Assembly (NCBI GenBank): GCA_030141605.1
Contig: JAQGDQ010001058.1
Span: forward strand, 1 to 64,000
Origin: Tubiluchus corallicola
Taxonomy: Eukaryota; Animalia; Priapulida
DNA: 64,000 nt
Direction of reading: 5' to 3'
The notes under the pieces are model-generated. The model saw nothing but the letters and a program-made list of their open reading frames with translations. It was not told where the DNA came from and searched no databases. The translations under genes and the position numbers were made by a program. Each line of letters opens with the position of its first letter. The first letter of the stretch is position 1. Below, one piece after another: positions 24,512 through 38,052 of the stretch.

Positions 24512-27500
24512 CTGCAAAATTAAACGAACGTTTTCAAATCTACATTGTTATTTGCAGCACAATTCTGGCAACAAGCAAAAGTAAGAGACACAAGAAACTA
24601 AAACTGCTGTAGTGAAAAGATGATTTTCGTATCCTACCTCATTCTGAAGTACAGTAAAAAGCATACGTTTTAGCGCTTATAACAATGCCTAGAGCTATGA
24701 CTCCATGGGCATGTAATGCGTAATGCTTAATCTGTTTTCTGTAATGCGTATTGACTTTGTGTCCGTAAACGCTATGCATATTAACAAAGCTCGAGGCGCT
24801 CTTTCCGAAATTTTTGGTCGCTGTTTGTGAAACTTGCAAGCAATAATTTTTGGAAATCATTTGTCCAAATTTAAGAGAGATAATTGCAGCTGCGGCTTTA
24901 GCTTTTTATTGTACTATTAGACGGAAAAGAAATCACAGGTTTTGGGTGCACAACATTTTGCAGGGAAGAGAACAATATGTTTCTTCCACCTCTCAAAAAA
25001 TCAAATAGAAAAAATATTATTGTTTATATAGGTCCTGAAGTGACCAAAACTCACCTAACTAGAATTTTCAGAAAGTTAAACAGTGAAACTGGTCACCGGA
25101 AACTTGAAAACTCACTATAATCACCTAGGCAACGGCGGTTTCCCGTCTGCATATTCCTGTGTGATGCGTATTCAGACGATAGTGATCACGTTTGAATGAA
25201 TACCGATCACACATCATGCATAATGCACACTTGGAAACACTTCTACATGTTTAAATGCAAACTGTTGTATACGCATTACGGATCATGCATTACGCATTAC
25301 ATACACATGGAGTCCTACCTTATGTCTCGAAAAATACACGTTTCAACACTCATAACAACGCCTAAGTTTTTCTGATAATTAAGTAATAGGTAAAAAGTTA
25401 ATTAACAGCAGGAGAGCCCAACCGGAGTCAGGAGGTCAAGAATCAGCTAGGGAGGTCGGGGTCTCAGATACGTCTTATCAGGCCTTCTTCAGAAACAAAA
25501 AAATAAAATGAAATACAAAAAATTAAACCACAAAGTAGCACAAATTTCATGATTTTCGGCTCTAAAAAGTCTTAAAAGCCTAAAACTTACAAGCAGTGTA
25601 GATCAATTTTTCAGTCTCAATGCATTTTCCTTACATTTTTGAGATTTCTGCAGACAGACAGTTCAAGTTGTGTGAATTAAAGCTAAGCAGGAAGAATGTT
25701 TGCACTGAAAGCACTTGACACTGCAGCAAATGTTTGTGAAAAATGTAGACAGCGTTAAATGATGAAGGCAGGTAATCGTTTAAACTTAATTTAATAAGTT
25801 TATTGTTTTACTTAAGAAAGATTCCACTGTTTTTAGCTTAGCTCTTAATGTTTCAATGACATGCAAGATACATTAGTTTTACTAAGAGAGATTCCACTGT
25901 TTTTAGCTTAGCTCTTAATGTTTCAAAGGCATGCAAGATGTATTAGTTTTACTTAAGAGAGATTCCATTGTTTTTAGCTTAGCTCTTAATGTTTCAATGA
26001 CATGCAAGATACATTAGTTTTACTCAAGAGAGATTCCACTGTTTTTAGCTTAGCTCTTAATGTTTCAATAGCATGCAAGATGTATTAGTTTTACTTAAGC
26101 GAGATTCCACTGTTTTTAGCTCAGCTCTTAATGTTTCAATAGCATGCAAGATGTATTAGTTTTACTTAAGCGAGATTCCACTGTTTTTAGCTCAGCTCTT
26201 AATGTTTCAATAGCATGCAAGATGCATTAGTTTTACTTAAGAGAGATTCCACTGTTTTTAGCTCAGCTCTTAATGTTTCAATAGCATGCAAGATGCATTA
26301 GTTTTACTTAAGGGAGATTCCACTGTTTTTAGCTCAGCTGTTAACGTTTCAATAGCATGCAAGATGTATTAGTTTTACTTAAGAGAGATTCCACTGTTTT
26401 TAGCTCAGCTCTTAATGTTACAGTGACATGCAAGATGTATTAGTTTTACTTAAGGGAATTCCACTGTTTTTAGCTCAGCTCTTAACATTTCAATGGCATG
26501 CAAGATGTATTTCTGTATTATCCACTTAAATTTCAATTGCGATGAAATCATATAGTGCTCTTATGAGATTTGCCATGGTCATAATCGTAAAAGAAGAAGT
26601 AAAAATACCCATAAATCTCAAAAAATTCTTTATTTTTTGTTCAGAAGCTTTCAACCTCTCGGACCTCATCAGCTGCACAGAAAGATATAATAATAATAAT
26701 AAAGTAGTTTCATTTGTGATTTTTATTATTATTGTATCTTTCTGTGCAGCTGATGAAGTCCGAGAGAACGAACGCTTATGTGATGGTCGAAATCAGAAGA
26801 TTTCAGAATTTATCAAAAATTTGACCAAAGTACGGATGTATGGCCAAATTTCAGAAGACTCCGGGCCAATCAGGAGTCACGGCAACCCGACTGCTCACCG
26901 GCGGTGTTACATATAACATAAAGAAGCTTAGTACCTGCATGTACATTCTCTGCCTGTATTGTTCCATCTTGCAGTTTCTAAGCATTCGGTTCACGGACTT
27001 TAGCTCATCCGTCAATTTGCTGATGCTGCCCTGAAGGGACGTCGTTGCTTTCGGAATCTGACTCTCCGGATCGGTATGAACGCCCAACTGCATCAAGTCT
27101 AGACTAGGAGACATTGAGGTTGAGCCTGACCATGAAATAGAACAGCAATTAGCTTTTACAAGATCTAACAGCCAACTTAATACACGCAGTCAGAAATGAA
27201 ATCCACTCATATCTCGGTTTGCCGGACCTCGCTTTTACGGATGTCGGAAGAATCGGACAAATCTGAACCGTTAAAAAATCCTGCACACTACAGACACAGT
27301 CCGTTATTTCGCGACCTAACCACTAGTTGGCGGGCCATCACTTTGTTTACGTCATTACATCAGTGTTACCACACGTATATCTCTATACATAAGTGGGGAG
27401 TTATTTGAGTCAATTGCCGAACGTTTTTACATACTTTTGCATATGACCGTGCTAGACATTTTTGAGACAATTAGGCAATTGATCCTACATTACCTTGAGT

Positions 27501-30500
27501 CTAATACACGGCGCCTACCTTATTACCATAGTATCTGTAAATACGGACAATCGGCAAATTCGGACCGATGTTTCCCTGCTTTTGTCGGCCAAACCGAGAT
27601 ATGAGTGTACGCCAATCAAACTATAGTCAGTCCTCGTTATAATGCCCCCTTTTCTATGATGCCAGCCTTGCTTAATGCCCAAATTTTCGGCAAAAGAAGG
27701 CATCTATATTTGCATAGACATACATGTATTAATTCAACTTGTTATAATGCCAAACTCGCTATGACACCAACTTCTTTACCCAAAGTAGGCGGTATAAAGA
27801 GGTTTGATTGTATTCCATTCATCAGCAGCTAACAGTCTATATTTCAAAATATTATCGTTTACAATACTTTAGCTTTACATACTAGATACATACTACATAC
27901 TAAATATATGCTACATACATACATAAGATACTTTAGGTTTACATACCGCTTACACCTAAAGATAAACTGACACGAGGTCTTTGAGATGTGGAACTCCGGG
28001 GGGAGACCGAAAATTTTCCATCCTGTAATTTCTGTTTTAATCCAGGAACGATCTGTGAATTAAAAACAATGTTAATTGTTTCACTCTTCAAGCTGAGGAT
28101 GTGCTGGAGAAAGGAATAAAAAAGTTGGTTGCCATAGGGTGTGCTTAGTAACCAAGCTTAAACAAAGCCAGATCTGATTAGTAAATGGATAGGTAAGCAA
28201 TATGAAATTTGTGGATTTATTCTGCATTTTTTCAATAAGCCTTTTCACAGTTTCGTTGTGCGCACGCGCAGCTACTGTAGGTCAATGGTTAAGTGTGCCA
28301 CAGCAAACTATCTTAACTACAACCGTCACGTGACGTGTGTAAAGCAAAGCCGTCTGCAACATCAGTTCAGTAACTTCAGTTGTTTTACGCGGAGTTTACT
28401 TAATTATGCATAAGTCTGTGTGTAGAGTGATTTACACAAATGCGTTGTCTGGTACCCTTAACCTTTGACCTTTTCACGACCATCAGTAACCACTAGAACT
28501 ATGAAAAGGCTTATTACCTAGAAATGACACAAAAGATGGATAAAATTAAAGGCAAAACCCTAATTTTCGCTGCGCATCTAACTCCGACATAATTTAACTT
28601 ATTGGGTACAAAAACTTTGCTTATAGGCACACGATGCGTGAAGCAATCAGTTCACTTGCACAACAGCGATTCAAGTTCATTCAACAGACTAAAATTCATG
28701 CAGAGTGATTATGACGAAACAACTAACTTTACTTTCAATGTGACTTTGACTAAAACATGAATCTAGGAAATGGGATTTAAATTTCAACTGCACAAAATAG
28801 GCAAAAACTATCAAAAATACATCTCATTTTTCGATATTGCTGTTGCTTTTGTCGCTTTTTACTGAAAAATGTGATCTTACTGAACGGCACATTGGTTTTA
28901 TTAACCAAATGTTCTTAACAATAGTTTCTGCAGGGATAATTCCAAGCCAGGCCTAAATGCTTCTAAAATGCGGCTAGTTTTATTATCCGTGTTTTGCTAC
29001 AGCGACCACTGTAAGAGTTATGAATACAGCAAGTCTTTGCATAACAACTCCGCGTTTAGCAACATTTCGTTTTAATGACGAATTTTTTACGTTGTTCACA
29101 GCAGTTTTTTATTTTAACAACAACCTTTTTTTACCTAATTTGAAGCATTAAAACAGTAGATATTGATTTATTCTGTTCTAAAACACATTAGTAACCTACA
29201 TAGTGCAATTATTATAATGTTTTTGCTTTTCAACAGACTACATACTAAATTCTAGCCGTTTGTATCAAGCGACACCCGAGTTTAAACTTTATGCCAACAA
29301 TTTTGTCTGCAACCTGTTGCAATAACAACCAGATTAGTACTACATGAAATTGTCTCAAGGTCGCTCCATGCAGAGCTTACACGCAGTGTTTAAACGGGAC
29401 GAGAAATCTCTAGCAAGTCTAAGCAGACACTGGTAAGAAACATGGGTGGTTTCAAGCAAACAGAAAGGAATTAATCAGTAGAAATATGAATAAAACTCAT
29501 AAAACGTTTAATTTACGTGATTTAAGCAGCATTGATGCATTGATTTTTGGTTCTGGAACGTATCTCAATTCGTTTACATTACTTCCCATGGAAGCTTTCG
29601 TTTCACTTAACGACGTTTAGCTTAGCGTCGTGTTTTGCTGGAATGCATTAGCGTCGTTAGGTGAGGACTTACTATACAATAAAACAGAATTTAGAAAGAT
29701 GAAAATGACCTGCTCATCAAAATATTCCATTGCCATTGATGATATGTCTCGCAGTTCCTGCAGTATCTCATGAGCTCTTGGTGGATTCTTGGTGGTTTCC
29801 AAGTATCGTAATACTTTCAAGATTTCATCCAACACCTGTTTGTAAAAAAATACACCAGGTGGAGTCACACGAATTAACTTAAATATTTAATTACAGTTTG
29901 TTACAGAAAAATATTTGTTTTAAAGACTGACGTTCTTCATTTATACAATCAATAAGGATTGTATACATACATTGTGATTTTTTACACTTTGCTTTGCTTT
30001 TATAAGTGCAGCTCAATTTGGATAACTTGTGTGAGGAAAATTCATTGCAGTTCTGATCAATAAGCCTTTTCATAGTTCAAGTGATTGAGACGATTGTGGA
30101 AAGCTCAAAGGTTAGGTGTACCAGACAATGTATTTGTGTACTTTTGACAACGCTTTGCAGCCCATGGTGTTGTAATAGTAGCAGATTTAACAGTTGCTAC
30201 AACCTTACATGGTTCATTTTTTCTTGTTCCCAAGCAAGATCCTGCTAGTAAATCACTCTACCCACAGACTAATGCATAATTAAGTAAAGTCGGCATAAAA
30301 CAACTGAAGTCACTGAACTGCAGACGGCTTTGCTTTACCCACACGTCACGTGAAGGTTGTAGTTAAGATGCGTTGCTGTTGTACACTTAACCTTTCACCT
30401 ACAGCGACTGTGCGTGTGCATGACGAAATTGTGAAAAGGCTTATTACCAAAAAAATGACACCAAAATTAAAAAATAAAGGCAAAATCACTTAGAAAAAAC

Positions 30501-33500
30501 CGCCAACAGATGGCACTAGTGGAAAGTATGCATAAGCCTTCCAAAGTGTATAACATCAGTTAACGGGCAATGTGTAAAAGTTAGACATCGTATAGGAAAT
30601 AAGGGAAGATTAGACAGAAAAACTATTAAAAAATTTCAAATGAAGTAGTACCTAACCAGTAGTAATAGTAATATAATTTTAAGAATTAAAACCGTACTTG
30701 CTTATTTTGCTACTTTGTAGAAAATGCTAAAAATGCTAGTGAATATTTTCATTTTTTGCAATATCTCGTTTTACACTCCATGTCTCACTTTGATTTCCCA
30801 CTCCAATAACTTATTTAACATCAACAGACTAAAGTTATCCAATATAAATACAATAAACCATGTATAACTCGAACACCTCGGCACCGGTAAATTTGTATGA
30901 GTTAGACAATGTTCGCAAGAAGACAAGATCAATGTCAGACATACACTAGCAACACTACAGCCTGTGAAAATTACAAACTGAGCCTTTAATCAAATACAAA
31001 ACAACAATTTTTATGAATAACCAAAAAATAAAATTACTGGTCCACCTCTACTGTAGTCTGAGTAGAATGGTTAATAAAGTTCGGCAATAATAATATTGTG
31101 ATATAGTTATTAAACATGTTCGTTAAACCATGACGTGTTCAGTATTCTGCTACGGTAATACAAGAAATCTCAGCATTTTTACTGAAACCAGCAGTTAGAA
31201 TTGTAATGTGGTGCACACTTCTTCATAGGATTTCTCGCCTGGGAGGCTGTTCGAGATATTTCAATCAGATTCTTAAGAATTATACCGAGAATTCGTTTTG
31301 AATTACCCGACAATTCGAGTTACACAAAGTTTGTTAAAGGGAAAATCTGTTCCACGAGATTTGTTTGAGGTACGCAAGAATTCGAGTTATACCAGTTTGA
31401 GCCATACGTAGTTTACTGTACTTAGGTAAACACAATGCAAATCAAAGGATAAAGTATCTAGTAGATAACATTTTAAGTCTGCAAAACCAACACATAGTGC
31501 TTTGTCACATACAACGGTACAGTACAGGATGCCTGGCCCCACAGGAGTCGTCCATGTTCGCAAAACACTCCAACCTTCTCCCTTTAGACAGTGATTAACA
31601 AATCTAGCCAAATCTGAGGAACTAACTACACAAACGACAAAAGCTTAAAAGCAAGTTTTTTTCCGATAAACTAATAAAAATGATTAAAAGATATTAATGT
31701 ATATCATACCTTCCCAGGGATAAAACAGCAGAGGTTCATATCTACGTATTTCATGAACGTCATGTTAAGAAGCGACAGTCGTGTTTCGATGGCGGTTAAA
31801 ATGTCGCAGTGTCGAGCTAAAGGATGATTGCGTCTCTCGCTTTCCCGCCGTGGTAACTGAGCTTTTACTTTCTTTAGACATTTACTATGAAGTCTGTCGG
31901 CTCTGTAGAACCCTTGATTAAGAACTCTTTGACAGACAATGTCCAAACTTTTGCACACCTGAGAAAGAAAGTTAAAACATGTAAATATTGCTGAAAACAT
32001 ATATGTGTACAAGAAAGAGCCAACGTCTAGGAATCAACATGTTTATTGAGCGACGATCGTTCCGACTATTGAAGCCATTATCTAACTATAAATGAAGCCA
32101 AAACGAAGAATAAGTAATACATTATTTATTAGATATTTAGCTTTTTTTGAATATTTTCCTGATGATTTGATACTGGAATATAAATGTTTAATATATTTTG
32201 CATTTGTTTTTATAAAAACAAAAAAAATTGACATTTGAGTTTTTGGTACATTCTACTTTGAAGCATCATAACGTAAGTTTTACCTATGCATCTATACTAA
32301 CCTCGCGATATGATATGCATCACGATACAACCAAAGCTAATGTCTGGATGCTTTATAGAAAACTAGATAAAGCTGTTTTTAATAAATGCTAAACATATAT
32401 ATCAATCAACAACTTTAAATGCTAAAATAACTGTATTGCCATTTGATTTTTATTTATTACTTGATTAACGTATAGGCTATCAAAGAAGCAAAACGTATCA
32501 ATACTTTCGGTTTAAAAGTTGCTTGCGCATTTTCTGGTTCACTTTTACCATTTCACAAATTTACATGTAAACAACATAATTGGCTTACTACAGATTAAAC
32601 ACCTTGCTCACTTTTACCATTTCACAAATTTACATGTAAACAACATAATTGGCTTACTACAGATTAAACACCTTGCTCACTTTTGCCATTTCACAAGTTT
32701 ACATGTAAACAACGTAATTAGCTTACTACAGATTAAACACCTTGCTCACTTTTGTCATTTCACAAGTTTACATGTAAACAACATAATTGGCTTACTACAG
32801 ATTAAACACCTTGCTCACTTTTGCCATTTCACAAGTTTACATGTAAACAATGTAATTAGCTTACTACAGATTAAACACCTTGCTCACTTTTGCCATTTCA
32901 CAAGTTTACATGTAAAAAACGTAATTAGCTTACTACAGGTTAAACACCTTGCTCACTTTTGCCATTTCACAAGTTTACATGTAAACAACATAATTGGCTT
33001 ACTACAGATTAAACACCTTGCTCACTTTTGCCATTTCACAAGTTTACATGTAAACAACGTAATTAGCTTACTACAGATTAAACACCTTGCTCACTTTTGC
33101 CATTTCACAAGTTTACATGTAAACAACGTAATTAGCTTACTACAGATTAAACACCTTGCTCACTTTTGTCATTTCACAAGTTTACATGTAAACAACATAA
33201 TTGGCTTACTACAGATTAAACACCTTGCTCACTTTTGCCATTTCACAAGTTTACATGTAAACAATGTAATTAGCTTACTACAGATTAAACACCTTGCTCA
33301 CTTTTGCCATTTCACAAGTTTACATGTAAACAACGTAATTAGCTTACTACAGATTAAACACCTTGCTCACTTTTGCCATTTCACAAGTTTACATGTAAAC
33401 AACATAATTGGCTTACTACAGATTAAACACCTTGCTCACTTTTGCCATTTCACAAGTTTACATGTAAACAACGTAATTAGCTTACTACAGATTAAACACC

Positions 33501-36336
33501 TTGCTCACTTTTGCCATTTCACAAGTTTACATGTAAACAACGTAATTAGCTTACTACAGATTAAACACCTTGCTCACTTTTGCCATTTCACAAGTTTACA
33601 TGTAAACAACGTAATTGGCTTACTACAGATTAAACACCTTGCTCACTTTTGCCATTTCACTAGTTTACATGTAAACAACGTAATTAGCTTACTACAGATT
33701 AAACACCTTGCTCACTTTTGCCATTTCACAAGTTTACATGTAAACAACATAATTAGCTTACTACAGATTAAACACCTTGCTCACTTTTGCCATTTCACAA
33801 GTTTACATGTAAACAACATAATTAGCTTACTACATATTAAATACCTTGCTCACTTTTGCCATTTCACAACTTTACATGTAAACAACATAATTAGCTTACT
33901 ACAGATTAAACACCTTGCTCACTTTTGCCATTTCACAAGTTTACATGTAAACAACATAATTAGCTTACTATAGATTAAACACCTTGCTCACTTTTGCCAT
34001 TTCACAAGTTTACATGTAAACAACGTAATTGGCTTACTACAGATTAAACACCTTGCTCACTTTTGCCATTTCACAAGTTTACATGTAAACAACGTAATTA
34101 GCTTACTACAGATTAAACACCTTGCTCACTTTTGCCATTTCACAAGTTTACATGTAAACAACGTAATTAGCTTACTACAGATTAAACACCTTGCTCACTT
34201 TTGCCATTTCACAAGTTTACATGTAAACAACATAATTGGCTTACTACAGATTAAACACCTTGCTCACTTTTGCCATTTCACAAGTTTACATGTAAACAAT
34301 GTAATTAGCTTACTACAGATTAAACACCTTGCTCACTTTTGCCATTTCACAAGTTTACATGTAAAAAACGTAATTAGCTTACTACAGGTTAAACACCTTG
34401 CTCACTTTTGCCATTTCACAAGTTTACATGTAAACAACATAATTGGCTTACTACAGATTAAACACCTTGCTCACTTTTGCCATTTCACAAGTTTACATGT
34501 AAACAACGTAATTAGCTTACTACAGATTAAACACCTTGCTCACTTTTGCCATTTCACAAGTTTACATGTAAACAACGTAATTAGCTTACTACAGATTAAA
34601 CACCTTGCTCACTTTTGCCATTTCACAAGTTTACATGTAAACAACATAATTGGCTTACTACAGATTAAACACCTTGCTCACTTTTGCCATTTCACAAGTT
34701 TACATGTAAACAACGTAATTAGCTTACTACAGATTAAACACCTTGCTCACTTTTGCCATTTCACAAGTTTACATGTAAACAACGTAATTAGCTTACTACA
34801 GATTAAACACCTTGCTCACTTTTGCCATTTCACAAGTTTACATGTAAACAACATAATTGGCTTACTACAGATTAAACACCTTGCTCACTTTTGCCATTTC
34901 ACAAGTTTACATGTAAACAACGTAATTAGCTTACTACAGATTAAACACCTTGCTCACTTTTGCCATTTCACAAGTTTACATGTAAACAACGTAATTAGCT
35001 TACTACAGATTAAACACCTTGCTCACTTTTGCCATTTCACAAGTTTACATGTAAACAACGTAATTGGCTTACTACAGATTAAACACCTTGCTCACTTTTG
35101 CCATTTCACTAGTTTACATGTAAACAACGTAATTAGCTTACTACAGATTAAACACCTTGCTCACTTTTGCCATTTCACAAGTTTACATGTAAACAACATA
35201 ATTAGCTTACTACAGATTAAACACCTTGCTCACTTTTGCCATTTCACAAGTTTACATGTAAACAACATAATTAGCTTACTACATATTAAATACCTTGCTC
35301 ACTTTTGCCATTTCACAACTTTACATGTAAACAACATAATTAGCTTACTACAGATTAAACACCTTGCTCACTTTTGCCATTTCACAAGTTTACATGTAAA
35401 CAACATAATTAGCTTACTATAGATTAAACACCTTGCTCACTTTTGCCATTTCATAAGTTTACATGTAAACAACGTAATTAGCTTACTACAGATTAAACAC
35501 CTTGCTCACTTTTGCCATTTCACAAGTTTACATGTAAACAACGTAATTAGCTTACTACAGATTAAACACCTTGCTCACTTTTGCCATTTCACAAGTTTAC
35601 ATGTAAACAACATAATTAGCTTACTATAGATTAAACACCTTGCTCACTTTTGCCATTTCACAAATTTACATGTAAACAACATAATTGGCTTACTACAGAT
35701 TAAACACCTTGCTCACTTTTGCCATTTCACAAGTTTACATGTAAACAACATAATTGGCTTACTATAGATTAAACACCTTGCTCACTTTTGCCATTTCACA
35801 AGTTTTCATGTAAACAACGTAATTAGCTTACTATAGATTAAACACCTTGCTCACTTTTGCCATTTCACAAGTTTACATGTAAACAACATATATAGTTTAC
35901 TACAGATTAAACACTTTGCGTTTTCAACCACTTTGGCTGCTAGCAGTGCCTGTGTTAAGTCAACCACTGCTCACTCCACTGATTCAGAGGTATCTACAGT
36001 ATGCTCTACAGCCGCACCTTCAATTACCTCAAATCGTTTTTATAAACACACGGTCACGCTAATTTACTAAATATCACTGATTCAGGTTATCACGATACAC
36101 GTGCAGTTTGGCGACACGCATATCGCTACAAAAGACATCACGATGCATCAATACATCAATGTAAGGTTACGCGCCTAATCTACAGGCACACTTACTCACA
36201 CAGATGTTAAAACTTACATGCCTACTCACAAACCCACCTTTCTTAAATTACTGATGTTCTCATACGAAATGTTGGATAGGATTTTTTCCAAGATTTCCGG
36301 CGGTAGTTGCAGTAAAACAACTGGTTCTGCTGCCAT
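24023..36336 (-). CDS. FBXO28: F-box only protein 28, 6 coding exons, 419 aa
   Basis: Exons (5'->3') 36336-36238, 31958-31710, 29835-29710, 28052-27947, 27125-26935, 24511-24023. GT-AG introns, consistent phases, 1260 nt. F-box LLQLPPEILEKIL. The segments KAQLPRRESERRNHPLARH...RLSLLNMTFMKYVD..CCFIPGKV and RAHEILQELRDISSMAMEYFDE closely match recalled FBXO28. Confidence 0.92.
25806..26510. repeat. 71-bp minisatellite, ~10 copies
   Basis: Unit ...GAGATTCCACTGTTTTTAGCTCAGCTCTTAATGTTTCAATAGCATGCAAGATGTATTAG... Confidence 0.96.
26641..26783. repeat. Palindrome / hairpin with hammerhead-like cores
   Basis: ~45-bp near-perfect arms (26656-26700 and 26722-26766), each containing CTGATGA. Confidence 0.85.
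26935..27125 (-). CDS. FBXO28: FBXO28 coding exon 5
   Basis: cag|GSTSMSPSLDL...QRMYMQ|gtacta; phase 1 to 0 fits both neighbours. Confidence 0.8.
27204..27607. mobile_element. MITE family E (reverse orientation)
   Basis: Same TIRs; internal sequence inverted relative to 22988-23424. Confidence 0.82.
27947..28052 (-). CDS. FBXO28: FBXO28 coding exon 4
   Basis: cag|IVPGLKQKLQDG...GVS|gtatgt. IVP.LK.KL continues the conserved block. Confidence 0.85.
28234..28515. mobile_element. MITE family D
   Basis: AATAAGCCTTTTCACAG...TGAAAAGGCTTATT. Confidence 0.78.
29710..29835 (-). CDS. FBXO28: FBXO28 coding exon 3
   Basis: VLDEILKVLRY...MEYFDEQ, 126 nt. Confidence 0.95.
30059..30445. mobile_element. 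MITE family D (reverse orientation)
   Basis: TIRs intact. Confidence 0.78.
30851..31418. mobile_element. Tigger-like MITE (diverged)
   Basis: TA|CAATAAACCATGTATAACTC...GAGCCATACGTAGTTTACTG|TA. Confidence 0.55.
31710..31958 (-). CDS. FBXO28: FBXO28 coding exon 2
   Basis: VCKSLDIVCQRVLNQGF...CCFIPGK, 249 nt. Confidence 0.96.
32540..35918. repeat. 69-bp minisatellite, ~49 copies
   Basis: Unit CACTTTTGCCATTTCACAAGTTTACATGTAAACAAC(A/G)TAATT(A/G)GCTTACTACAGATTAAACACCTTGCT. Confidence 0.98.
36238..36336 (-). CDS. FBXO28: FBXO28 coding exon 1 (F-box)
   Basis: MAAEPVVLLQLPPEILEKILSNISYENISNLRK|gtggg. An acceptor (tttcag) lies 18 nt upstream of the ATG. Confidence 0.9.
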
Positions 36337-36494
36337 TCTTGATTCACTGTTGCACTGAAAAAATTGCTAGAGCTCAACAAAAATTATTTTAAAACATAAC
36401 GCTAACAGCTGACTGCAGGCTAATCTGAGTTTTCTTAAATACACAAATTTCAAGTGCAAATAAGTAGTGTTTCCATCGGGTACCCGGTAACCTA

Positions 36495-36745
36495 AGTAAT
36501 TATGGCTCCTACTTACATATCAGACCTTCTTAAATTATATGTCCCTCGCAAAGCATTAAGATTTAGCTTAAACAGAAATAATCTTGAAGTTCCACATACC
36601 AGGCTTGTCACATGCAGTGATAAATCATTCAGTTCTGCTGCCTCAAATTGTGGAATTCTTTGCCCTTGCAATTATGCCTGATCAAGTCTCTTGATAATTT
36701 TAAAAAATTCTGAAAACTTACTATTTTAATGAAGCCTTCTGTGGT
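36495..36745 (+). mobile_element. L2/CR1-group LINE extreme 3' fragment
   Basis: Similar to 7040-7200 (SFS.AA...WNSLP...FK..LKT.F..AF-like). Confidence 0.6.
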
Positions 36746-38052
36746 TGAACTCGTTTTGCATTTTTTGATTGTGGATGTATTATGGCATTGTTTTTATTAT
36801 TTTACTAAATTTTCCATGTTTTAATGTTTTTTTGTCACATTCAATGTACTTTTAATCAATCAATGTGCCATGGTCTCAAATATCTTACGAAATAATTTTT
36901 TAGTAATTTTGACGATCTTTTATTTGTAAGATTCATTTCATCATCATGTAGAATGCATTAAAAATATTAAATAAATTATTAATTACGCTCATTGTTTATT
37001 ACAGAGCCTAATACTTCTACCCCATTCCGATAATGAAAATAGCAAACTATTAACTGTTGTGTTGGCAGCGTGCCAGGATAGCAGCCAGCAGGGAGATGGC
37101 ACACCAAAAAATTTTTGCAGAAGAGGCGACTTACGAAAAACAAATTATAATTTCTTTAGCAAGGCGGTTAATTATTCAAATGAAATTGTTTATTAACCTT
37201 TAAAATCATATTTCAGGCCACTCAAAGATTATTTTTTTCTCCTGATGTCTAAGCTGTACTAACAGTGTTCAGTGTGGCACTACCTGTGGTATTACCTGAC
37301 GTAGTTGACTCATTGATGAAGCATGCAATTAAGCAATTAAGTAGTCTGGCAGATAAAAACTCATTCAAATGTGTGGGGAAAACAACTTTCACGACTCACA
37401 GCTCGAGTGTTCAGGCTTTCAGGGTGTAATAAATGAATGGTTGCTGTTAACATAACAGTGCAGTTCGTTAAAATGTGCCAGTGGTTGTTTTTATTTGTGA
37501 ATATAAATGATTACAGTTTTTTCACTGCCGCTGAATCTCAACGGATACGTGACAGGTATAAGGAAAAAGGTGCTCGAGTCTGATTTTTGCTACCCGTGTA
37601 AACCCTAGAAATAAGCAAGTGAACTTTTATCTTTCGTAAATTCGTTGTGTTAACTGACATTCATTTTCTCATTATGAAACCTTCTTGCATAACTTGCAAC
37701 TAAGTCAAATGTTTGTCCATAAAATAGTTAGAAACAAACTTAGCAATCACCTTATGGGCACGGTACTGTCTGTCTGAATTCGTACTAAGTCCTTCTAACA
37801 TTTTTGGGAATATTGAAAGAACCCTAACTGCCCAGAAGACTTGGCATTTCCTTTAAGAAAAGGCTTGTTAGGGTACATGGATAAACTTTCTTAATCTTTA
37901 ATACGTCCCAGTTATTTGGTCATAATGCTGAAATTATTAAAATCCCTGTATAAGAATGGTGGGGGGGTATTTTGTCTTTAAGTGGAAGGAAAGAGCCTAA
38001 ACTATTGCGGGATTTCAACAATGCATAACTGAATGAGGATAGAGTTGCTTAA

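Noticed and set aside
30502-30518. CTCF-like motif CCAACAGATGGCAC (similar at ~11187 and ~37092)
   Set aside because: A short motif match alone cannot support a regulatory call.
32519-33973. 484-aa ORF of 23-aa repeats (superficially LRR- or His-rich)
   Set aside because: The 69-bp unit is a multiple of 3 and the start is not ATG. The ORF is antisense within an FBXO28 intron and TAG variants interrupt the array.
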